A stretch of DNA of 64,000 bases, taken from assembly GCA_027298025.1 (NCBI GenBank), contig JAPUGV010000222.1, positions 5,146 through 69,145 of the forward strand, written 5' to 3'. Both the position numbers and the translations under genes were made by a program. The notes under the pieces are model-generated. The model worked only from the letters and a program-made list of their open reading frames with translations. It was not told where the DNA came from and did not search any database. The stretch is from Chloroflexota bacterium (GTDB lineage: Bacteria > Chloroflexota > Anaerolineae > Anaerolineales > E44-bin32). Below are positions 56,714 through 64,000 of this stretch, piece after piece (positions within the stretch are counted from its first letter, which is position 1; the number at the start of each line of letters is the position of its first letter).

Positions 56714-57753
56714 AGAAACTTGTATGGGTTCCAGTTGTAGTGCTTGTTGCAGCCCTGGCACTGCCGGGTCCAGCTTACGCGGGCCAAGGCGAACAGGGCC
56801 AGGTCATTTTTGGCGGAACATTCACACTGGAAAGCGGTGAGGTGCTGAATGGGGACCTGGTGATATTCGGCGGATCGGTTGAGCTCGAGGAGGGCTCGAT
56901 CGTTGACGGTGATGTTCTCCTGTTTGGCGGCAATGCCGAGGTGCACGGCGAGATCGGTGGGGACCTTGCGCTGCTAGGCGGGAACGCGGATCTTGGTCCC
57001 TCCGCAGTTATCGGCGGTGATGTGGTTACCCTGGGCGGCAATGTGCATCGTGCCCAGGGCGCGGTTGTGGAGGGCGATTTCGTCTCGGCAGAGGGTTTCT
57101 ATCTGCCATTCGACTTTGAGCTCCCCAATCTACCAGATATTGGAGACACGGTCCGCATACGACCCTTTGGGCGCAGCAGCTTTGGGCCCTTCTTCTCGCC
57201 GGTCACGGGCATTCTGTGGTTCATTCTTCGGAGCCTGCTGGTTGCCGCGCTGGCCATTCTAGTTGTGCTGTTCTGGCCGAAGCCGGCAGAGCGAGCGGGC
57301 CGCGCCGCGGTTTCGCAGCCGATCGTCGCGGGAGGGCTGGGCTGCCTGACGTTTATCGTGGTTCCGATCCTGAGTATCCTCATGGCGATTACGATCATCG
57401 GCCTGCCGGTGAGCTTCCTGACGGTGGTGGCGTTAGTGGTGGCAGTCGTGTTCGGTTGGATTGCCATCGGGGTAGAGGTCGGCCGGCGCATGGCCGAGGC
57501 GTTTGATTGGGAACTCCATCCAGCGGCCGCGGCAGGGATTGGAACGCTGGCAGTCAGCTTCGTCGTGGGTGGGATCGGGCTGATCCCGTGCATCGGCTGG
57601 CTGGCGCCGCTGCTGGTGGGCGCAGCCGGCCTGGGAGCGGTAATCCTGACCCGCTTCGGATCGAGAGAGTATCAACTAGCACCCGCGAGCGCAGAGCTAC
57701 CGCCGCCTAAGAGCAAGAAGGCGCCGGCCAAGAAATCCTCTTCCAAGAAGTAG
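56710..57753 (+). CDS. exported beta-helix-repeat (bactofilin/polymer-forming-like) protein with a C-terminal polytopic membrane domain
   Basis: The ATG overlaps the anti-sigma stop (ATGA). The signal peptide is MKKLVWVPVVVLVAALALPGPAYA. The repeats are VIFGGSVELEEGSIVDGDVLLFGGNAEVHGEIGGDLALLGGNADLGPSAVIGGDVVTLGGNVH. After that come 4-5 TM helices and the tail PPKSKKAPAKKSSSKK. Confidence 0.7.
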   Translation: MKKLVWVPVVVLVAALALPGPAYAGQGEQGQVIFGGTFTLESGEVLNGDLVIFGGSVELEEGSIVDGDVLLFGGNAEVHGEIGGDLALLGGNADLGPSAVIGGDVVTLGGNVHRAQGAVVEGDFVSAEGFYLPFDFELPNLPDIGDTVRIRPFGRSSFGPFFSPVTGILWFILRSLLVAALAILVVLFWPKPAERAGRAAVSQPIVAGGLGCLTFIVVPILSILMAITIIGLPVSFLTVVALVVAVVFGWIAIGVEVGRRMAEAFDWELHPAAAAGIGTLAVSFVVGGIGLIPCIGWLAPLLVGAAGLGAVILTRFGSREYQLAPASAELPPPKSKKAPAKKSSSKK

Positions 57754-57985
57754 TCGACGGCAGAAACCTTATGGAGCGAACGGAGCTGGCCCATCGGGCT
57801 AGCTCCGTTTGTTTTGGGGATTCGTGATTCGCGTAACTCGATGGGACCAGCCAATTGGAACGATCTTGCTCTCATTTGCACGCCAATCCCTCGGAAGCCT
57901 TAAAATTCCGGCTCAAAACGCGCAATGGGTGGCATCCCACCCGACGCTCCGATATAATCGCCCGGGTCCAATTTCTCGGGGGGGC

Positions 57986-60900
57986 ATGTCCTTCGTTCAC
58001 CTGCACGTCCATTCCGAATATTCGCTACTTGACGGTCTGAGTCGTATCCCAGCTTTGGTGCAACGCGCCAAGGAATTGAACATGCCTGCCGTAGCGCTGA
58101 CGGATCACGGCACCATGTTTGGTGCCGTGCATTTCTATAAGGCGGCTAAGCAAGAAGGCATCAAGCCCCTAATTGGGATGGAGGCTTACCTTGCACCTCG
58201 GGGCATGCAGGATCGCGACCATCAGCGGGACAGCCGTGCCGCCCATCTGCTGTTGCTGGCCGAAAACGCGGAGGGCTATCGGAACCTGTTAAAGATCGCC
58301 ACCGCCGCGCAGCTCGAGGGCTTCTACTACCGCCCCCGCATCGATCGCGAGTTTCTCGCAGCTCATAACCATGGGCTCATCGCTACAACCGGGTGCTTGT
58401 CCGGCGAAGTCCCTCGAGCCTTAAGTCAGGGCCGTCAGGAGCACGCCGAGGAGCGACTGGACTGGTATTTTGACGTCTTCGGCAGGGACCGATTCTTCTT
58501 CGAGCTTCAGAACCACAATATCCCGGAGCTGGAGGTTGTCAATCAAGCGCTGATCGATCTAGCGCCGAAGTACAAGGCGCGCATTGGGGCGACCAACGAC
58601 GTGCATTACGTGCGGCCGGAGGAGGCCGGCCTGCAGGACGTGCTGCTTTGCATACAGACCGGCTCGGTCCTGAACGACCCGGATCGCATGCGCATGACGG
58701 ATGATTCCTACTATCTCCGCTCAACACAAGAAATGACCGAGTTGTTTGGTGAGGTAAAAGGAGCCATCGAGAACACGCTCTGGATCGCTGAGCGCGCGAA
58801 TGTAGAGCTGGATTTTAAGCAATACCGCCTTCCGCCATTTGAGGTTCCAAAAGGTCAGACCGCTGAGACCTATCTCCGAGAGCTGTGTGATGAGGGACTC
58901 GAGCGTCGCTACGGAGCTTACGCCAAGGACCGGGAGCGGAGGGAGCGATTAGATTATGAGCTCGACGTGATCCATGAGATGGGATTTGATGCTTACTTCC
59001 TGATCGTGTGGGACCTCTGCCGGTTCGCGGCGGAGCAAGGCATCTGGTACAACGCACGCGGCTCGGCCGCCGGATCCATCGTGGCCTACTGCTTGGATAT
59101 CACTCTTGTAGATCCCATCGAGCACGGCCTAATCTTTGAGAGATTCTTAAATCCTGGCCGCGTGTCCATGCCAGACATCGATATGGATTTCCAGGATGAC
59201 CGGCGCTCGGAGCTTCTTGAATACACAGCCAAGAAGTATGGCAGGGACAAAGTGGCCCAGATCATCACCTTCGGCACGCTCGGCGCCAGAGCCGCAATCC
59301 GCGATGTTGGTCGGGTGATGGACATTCCTTTGCCGGAAGTGGACAGGATTGCGAAGGTCATTCCGAATATTCCTGGAAAGCCGATCACGATACCGGAGGC
59401 GCTCGAAACGGTTTCAGACCTCCAGGAGGCCTATCAGAGCAGTGAGTACATCCGCGAGCTGATCGAGACGGCCGCCAAGCTTGAAGGGGTTGCAAGGAAT
59501 GCGGGCACGCACGCGGCGGGGGTGATCATCACTGACAAACCTATCACCGAATACATTCCCCTTCACAGGCCGACCAAGGGCAGCCTGGAAGATAGCCCCA
59601 TACGCGCTGTTACCCAGTTCGAAATGGGGGTCCTGGAGTCGCTGGGTCTGCTGAAGATCGACTATCTTGGCCTCTCGACTCTGACCGTCATGGCACGCGC
59701 TTGTGATCTCATCCGACAGCGGCATGGTGTGGAGTTGGACATCCATTCCATCCCGCGGGACGATCCCAAGACGTACGATTTGCTAGGGAGCGGGGACGTC
59801 TTGGGAGTGTTCCAGGTCGAAGGAGCCGGAATGCGCCGCTACTTGATGGAGATGAAACCAAGAAACTTGGCGCATGTCACGGCTATGGTGGCGCTCTATC
59901 GCCCCGGCCCCATGGAATTCATTCCGGCCTACATTCGCCGCATGCACGGGGAGGAGGGTGTGACCTATCGCCATCCCTCCCTGGAACCGATCCTGAAGGA
60001 GACCTACGGGATCACGGTCTACCAGGAGCAAATCATGTACTCCGCCATGAGCCTGGCGGGCTATACGGCCTCCGAAGCGGACAACCTGCGAAAGGCGGTT
60101 GCGAAGAAAAAAGCCAAAGCGTTGCGGGAGCAGCGAGAGAAATTCGTTGAGGGGGCGGTAGCCAACGAGATTCCTCGGGAAACGGCCGACACGATTTTTG
60201 ACGACTGGGAAGCGTTCGCTCGATACGGCTTTCCGAAGGGTCATGCCGCAGACTATGCCGTTATCTGCGTGCAGACCGCATATCTGAAGGCAAACTATCC
60301 AATTGAGTACATGACGGCCCTTCTGTCGGTCTACATGGGTGACACCGATCGAGTGGCACTGTATGTGGCCGAGTGCAGGCGTATGGGGCTGAGCGTACTT
60401 CCTCCGAACGTCAATGGAAGCGGGCTCGACTTCGAGATCGAGAACCAAGCACCGGATGAGGCGATCATTCGCTACGGCCTTGGAGCGATCAAGAACGTCG
60501 GACATAGCTCGGTGGAAGTGATGCTCCAAGCCCGGCCCGACGAGGGATTCGTCGACCTGGTGGACTTCGTCCGTCGAGTGGATTTGCGACAGGTTGGAAA
60601 ACGAGCCATGGAGAGCTTGATTCGGGTCGGGGCGCTGGATGAATTAGGACCGCGGCTGGATCTGCTGGAATCCCTCGATCGCATTGTGAGCTATTCTGCC
60701 ACGCACTTCAGGGCGGCGGAGGTCGGCCAGCTGTCGATTTTTGGCGAGTCGACCGGAGTTGCAGAGCAATTGGTATTAAAACCAGCCACCGTCGATGTCT
60801 CCTGGCGCCGCCAGCTAGGCTGGGAGAAGGAGTTGTTGGGATCCTACGTTTCGGATCATCCGGTGGCGGCGAAGATGGACGAGCTCTCCAGCGTCGTAAC

Positions 60901-61867
60901 TCATTACAGCGGTGAGATCAGCGAGTCCATGGAAGGCGAGAAGGTAACCGTCGCCGGCGAGATCAGCGCCATCCGACCCTATCTCACCCGCGCGGGTAAA
61001 GAGATGGGCTTCCTATCCCTGGAAGATCTACAGGGCACGATCGAGCTGGTGGTATTTCAACGGCTCTGGGAGAAGATCTCCAGCGACATCGAACTCAATC
61101 AAATCGTAGTCGTGAATGGGCGCGTGGATTCAAACCGCGGCGAGACAAAGCTACTGGTGGACTCGGTAGATCATGACCTCGCTAAGATCTCGCGCTCTTC
61201 GGGCGACGCGGCAAATCATGATGAGGGGGAAACGGCGCATGCGGTCCATTCCGGCTCCGACAGTTCTCCGCGAGCGGTGCCTCAGAATTCGAATCAGCTG
61301 GGGGAGGTAGCGATGGTCGGCGCGGGTGGGGGGAACGGGGAGATTCCCGATGCAGAACAACTAACCCATGAGCCGGCCGCGGCTCCGAGCATCCCCAAAG
61401 AGCCCATGGATGACGCCTCCGGAACCCTGCAGGCTGCAGAGGCTCCGAGCGTATCCAAAGAGCCGGAGCTGGGGGATGACCCTCCCGTTGCGGGGGCATC
61501 CCTTCAGGATGCCGAGGCTCCTCCCGCGCCCGTGTTAGGCGCACAGATTGGTGAACAACAGTTCTCCCAAGAATCACTTCCCGACTATCTCGCCGTCTGG
61601 CAGGGACCTGAGCCTTCGCGAGTCACCATCCTTCTACGATCCTCGGGAGATCGCCAGCGGGATATCAGGCGCATGCGGCGCATCCATGCGCTGCTCGCAT
61701 CCTATCCAGGCAGCGACCGCTTCGCATTTACTGTTTATGAGGATGCCGGCCGATACGATCTGGCATTCCCGAATTCTTCCACCCGCTACACTCCCGAGCT
61801 CCACACGAAGCTTCTGAGGTTGGTTGGAGACAACTGCGTGCTTGTGGCGCCGCTACACCTTCACTAA
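57986..61867 (+). CDS. dnaE: DNA polymerase III alpha subunit
   Basis: ATG at 57986 gives MSFVHLHVHSEYSLLDG (PHP domain). Contains GMPDIDMDF-type PDIDMDFQDDRR, the finger/palm blocks and an OB fold. A low-complexity linker and a C-terminal domain follow. The ORF-track start at 57809 adds a non-conserved leader. Confidence 0.95.
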   Translation: MSFVHLHVHSEYSLLDGLSRIPALVQRAKELNMPAVALTDHGTMFGAVHFYKAAKQEGIKPLIGMEAYLAPRGMQDRDHQRDSRAAHLLLLAENAEGYRNLLKIATAAQLEGFYYRPRIDREFLAAHNHGLIATTGCLSGEVPRALSQGRQEHAEERLDWYFDVFGRDRFFFELQNHNIPELEVVNQALIDLAPKYKARIGATNDVHYVRPEEAGLQDVLLCIQTGSVLNDPDRMRMTDDSYYLRSTQEMTELFGEVKGAIENTLWIAERANVELDFKQYRLPPFEVPKGQTAETYLRELCDEGLERRYGAYAKDRERRERLDYELDVIHEMGFDAYFLIVWDLCRFAAEQGIWYNARGSAAGSIVAYCLDITLVDPIEHGLIFERFLNPGRVSMPDIDMDFQDDRRSELLEYTAKKYGRDKVAQIITFGTLGARAAIRDVGRVMDIPLPEVDRIAKVIPNIPGKPITIPEALETVSDLQEAYQSSEYIRELIETAAKLEGVARNAGTHAAGVIITDKPITEYIPLHRPTKGSLEDSPIRAVTQFEMGVLESLGLLKIDYLGLSTLTVMARACDLIRQRHGVELDIHSIPRDDPKTYDLLGSGDVLGVFQVEGAGMRRYLMEMKPRNLAHVTAMVALYRPGPMEFIPAYIRRMHGEEGVTYRHPSLEPILKETYGITVYQEQIMYSAMSLAGYTASEADNLRKAVAKKKAKALREQREKFVEGAVANEIPRETADTIFDDWEAFARYGFPKGHAADYAVICVQTAYLKANYPIEYMTALLSVYMGDTDRVALYVAECRRMGLSVLPPNVNGSGLDFEIENQAPDEAIIRYGLGAIKNVGHSSVEVMLQARPDEGFVDLVDFVRRVDLRQVGKRAMESLIRVGALDELGPRLDLLESLDRIVSYSATHFRAAEVGQLSIFGESTGVAEQLVLKPATVDVSWRRQLGWEKELLGSYVSDHPVAAKMDELSSVVTHYSGEISESMEGEKVTVAGEISAIRPYLTRAGKEMGFLSLEDLQGTIELVVFQRLWEKISSDIELNQIVVVNGRVDSNRGETKLLVDSVDHDLAKISRSSGDAANHDEGETAHAVHSGSDSSPRAVPQNSNQLGEVAMVGAGGGNGEIPDAEQLTHEPAAAPSIPKEPMDDASGTLQAAEAPSVSKEPELGDDPPVAGASLQDAEAPPAPVLGAQIGEQQFSQESLPDYLAVWQGPEPSRVTILLRSSGDRQRDIRRMRRIHALLASYPGSDRFAFTVYEDAGRYDLAFPNSSTRYTPELHTKLLRLVGDNCVLVAPLHLH

Positions 61868-61936
61868 GAGAATCGTTACGAACTTGCGCGCAAGGTTAGA
61901 TCACTGAATGAACTTTTAGCAATCCTAGTTAATTCC

Positions 61937-61960
61937 AGCCCGCCACCTAGGCGGGCTTTT
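61937..61960 (+). terminator. rho-independent terminator after dnaE
   Basis: AGCCCGCC-accta-GGCGGGCT followed by TTTCGTT. Confidence 0.75.
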
Positions 61961-62227
61961 CGTTCGCGCCAACTCCCGCAGTGGGAATAGTTTCAAAATC
62001 AATCCCATGCAATAGGAATAATCCCATGCAACACCATCCACTCATCATCCGGTCTGCCAACACCCCGCAATCAGACGTGGAAATCGACTTCCCCAGGTAC
62101 TCGAGGCGCTTGGTGAGGTGATGAGGCCTGCGCCCACTCTTCTCGATCTCAATACGATTGCGCGGTCGTGGGAAAGAACTGAGGCAAGCACCTAACTCTG
62201 GACGATTACAGAGATATAAGGCCGAGC

Positions 62228-62527
62228 TCAGAGCAGCAGAACGAGCTGGCTACCCTGTATGGGGCCCCAGCGGGGGTGTGCCTTGCGCCGCTCCACCAAT
62301 TCCTCCACGATCGCCGCATCTGTCTGCCAAGGGCAGCTGTGTGGCCGGCGCGAGTGTTCGTGAAACCCAGCCTGGCCGGGCTCTTCGAACCGGTTGATCC
62401 ACTTACCCTGGTGCCCAGGATGGGTATGGCCGGTCTTGCGGGATATGCTGAAGCGTTCGGCGAGTTCCGTGATGGAATAGTAATTCAGTTGATAGTCTTC
62501 GAGGAATCTCTGTCTTTGTTCGCTCAC
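62228..62527 (-). pseudogene. IS481-family transposase N-terminal remnant (HTH region only; DDE domain absent)
   Basis: The 99-aa ORF has a GTG start. MSEQRQRFLEDYQLNYYSITELAERFSISRKTG...KWINRFEEPGQAGFHEHSRRPHSCP...HPRWG resembles the N-terminus of IS481-type transposases, from memory. Homology ends near RWG and no integrase core follows. Confidence 0.6.
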
Positions 62528-62572
62528 GGTAACACCTTTTCAGGGCACGGGCACCTCCTGTACAGCGGAAAG

Positions 62573-62640
62573 TGTTACCCATGTCATTAGACAATGTGTT
62601 ACCTATGTCCTTAGAATATTCTGTTACCTATGTCCCGGTA
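62573..62640. repeat. three direct 24-25 nt repeats with core TGTTACCYATGTC, beside the transposase remnant
   Basis: TGTTACCCATGTCATTAGA (62573), TGTTACCTATGTCCTTAGA (62598) and TGTTACCTATGTCCCGGTA (62622). An inverted GTGTTACC copy sits at 62528-62536, next to the transposase GTG. Confidence 0.85.
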
Positions 62641-62816
62641 CGGTTCAACAGCGGCTCCGACATGCTGATCGACAAGCAACGGATGTCCATCAGAATCCAC
62701 CGCGACAAATCCCAGTGGCCATAGTTGACGTTCATAGAGCTTGGCTGACTCCCACTACATGGCATGAAATCGAGCGAATTTTTCGAAAGAGGAGGTTGAG
62801 AACAAGCTACCGGGCT

Positions 62817-63707
62817 TCATTCAGTCGTTAGTCCTGTTTTTAGAACCAACTCATCCCACAACCTCTTTCCCCATTCCTCGTTATTCATTGCCTTGTCAGG
62901 CTTTTCAACGCGCTTATCCAGTTTAAACAAGGCGCCATTGATTGCACTACGATCTTTATGCGAGAGCATCAGATTGGCAACGGGCTCACCCGCGAACGCA
63001 GGTGGCTTTGCAATGAAAACTGCCATTATCCGGTAGAAATAACCCGTGAGTCCGGTGGATAGCCACCTCTTGGTCAACTCTGGATCTGACTTATCGAAGA
63101 TGAATCCGGGATTGAATGCTACAGAAGAGATTTTTCCTGCATATCGTCGAGCCAACTCCGCAGCGATCACCCGGTGCATTGTCTTAGTCCTTTCATATGC
63201 AGTCATTGGCTTGTGATTGCTGATGCTTTCAACATCATCCCAGTCGATTTCTTTGTAGTATGGTGCAATCACATGAAGGACCAATCCGTCTGATTGCTGC
63301 ATCCTCTCTAGCAACAGCTGGGTAAACAGAAACGGCCCCATCACGTTCGTGGCAAACATCAACTCATGACCGCTGGGCAGGATGTTCGGACCCGTTGTTG
63401 GGGTTTGAGCAACGGCAGATAGAACCAGTCCATGTATCCTCGGAAACCGGTTCAACGCCTCCGCAGCCGCGAGCCTTACAGACTCCATATCAGAGAAGTC
63501 GATTACCAGCGAGGCAATGTCCGTATCCTGATAATCGATCTGCGCTTCAGATAAAGCCACACGAATAGAATCCGCCCTGGCTTCTAATTTCTCGAGCTTA
63601 CGCCCGAGCAACACAACTCCAGCGCCACGTTTTGCCAGCGCGACCGCAGCACCTCCCCCAATAGATCCAGTCGCTCCAGTTACCAGTATTGTCTGCTTGT
63701 CCGTCAT
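62817..63707 (-). CDS. short-chain dehydrogenase/reductase (SDR) family oxidoreductase
   Basis: ATG at 63707 follows GGAGG. MTDKQTILVTGATGSIGGGAAVALAKRGAGVVLLGR carries the TGxxxGxG motif. The gene has visibly lower GC than the core genes. Confidence 0.85.
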   Translation of the reverse strand: MTDKQTILVTGATGSIGGGAAVALAKRGAGVVLLGRKLEKLEARADSIRVALSEAQIDYQDTDIASLVIDFSDMESVRLAAAEALNRFPRIHGLVLSAVAQTPTTGPNILPSGHELMFATNVMGPFLFTQLLLERMQQSDGLVLHVIAPYYKEIDWDDVESISNHKPMTAYERTKTMHRVIAAELARRYAGKISSVAFNPGFIFDKSDPELTKRWLSTGLTGYFYRIMAVFIAKPPAFAGEPVANLMLSHKDRSAINGALFKLDKRVEKPDKAMNNEEWGKRLWDELVLKTGLTTE

Positions 63708-63825
63708 TTTACTAACCTCCATTGGAATAATAGGATCTATTCGATGGGTTGCCACAGTAACTACATTTTTAGACTTATAACGCCAAGCTGGGCTATGAAG
63801 TACAGCGGTGGGGTGCAGCGCTTAG

Positions 63826-63999
63826 TTAGGTTTTGCCATTATGTTCCACAGTTATGACTACATTTCCCATTGCGTGCCCTTTTGCAACATAGCTGTGAGC
63901 CTCGGCAGTCTGTTCCAAGCGATCCCGACAATAACATTCATAAATTCCAAGCTCGGTGGGAATTGGCAGGCCAAGATGCCCTAGCTCATTTTGTACAAG
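63826..63999 (-). CDS. 3' end of a medium-chain (zinc-type/quinone) oxidoreductase, partial at the window edge
   Basis: The minus frame is open from the window edge to TAA (63826-63828). It reads ...RLEQTAEAHSYVAKGHAMGNVVITVEHNGKT, which resembles the MDR C-terminal ...AEAHRYVE-GH-x-GNVVITV tail, from memory. Confidence 0.45.
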   Translation of the reverse strand, partial: LVQNELGHLGLPIPTELGIYECYCRDRLEQTAEAHSYVAKGHAMGNVVITVEHNGKT

Positions 64000-64000
64000 G

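Noticed and set aside
62158-62590. Plus-strand ORFs of 79 and 104 aa
   Set aside because: They are antisense to the IS481-like HTH remnant. They have no motifs and the region is degraded mobile DNA.

Overview
This is a 64-kb chromosomal segment from a fairly high-GC bacterium. Hand counts of single 60-nt lines give about 60% GC in the core region. Operons are compact, and many adjacent genes share ATGA, GTGA or TGATG start/stop overlaps. The gene content would fit a Chloroflexota-like lineage: a stand-alone Elp3, a LonC-like protease, an LLM/F420-type oxidoreductase, membrane-anchored TPR proteins and TGn extended -10 promoters. Taxonomy cannot be settled from this sequence alone.

Most of the window is housekeeping. 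In order, it holds:
- the glyS 3' end, dnaG-sigA, and a Lon-like protease coupled to a tandem USP
- an LLM oxidoreductase and an HD hydrolase
- a complete nuoA-N operon (14 genes), acyP, a zinc-ribbon protein and rnz
- three membrane-anchored TPR-like proteins
- groES-groEL behind a perfect CIRCE element
- hutI, an MFS/nitroreductase pair, and ugd-M16-M16-acpS
- rpsB-tsf-pyrH-frr-uppS-cdsA, rho, and two M23/LysM paralogs
- three tRNA genes without encoded CCA: Ser-UGA, Ser-GCU and Arg-GCG
- a NicO-like metal transporter, an ABC exporter, an ECF sigma module and dnaE
- an IS481-like transposase remnant next to a low-GC SDR/MDR pair at the right edge

I found no CRISPR array, prophage or recognisable defence island.

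The best candidate for something undescribed is at 49.2-52.0 kb. A bacterial Elp3 (radical-SAM plus GNAT) sits head-to-head with a methyltransferase that carries Trm9-like sequence blocks. That methyltransferase lies directly upstream of, and in the same orientation as, a U34 tRNA-Ser(UGA) gene. Together they suggest a eukaryote/archaea-style (m)cm5U wobble-modification module in a bacterium.

Other points worth a second look:
- a strict A-B-B-A-B-B array of 19-nt repeats running into the rho promoter
- a 137-aa acidic repeat tail on ribosomal protein S2
- a Lon-like protease with degenerate Walker motifs
- an ECF sigma / anti-sigma / exported beta-helix membrane protein module
- a shared C-x28-30-C end module in the three TPR proteins
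- a GTGTTACC repeat array beside the IS remnant

All calls come from reading the sequence and the ORF track by eye. No searches or computations were run.
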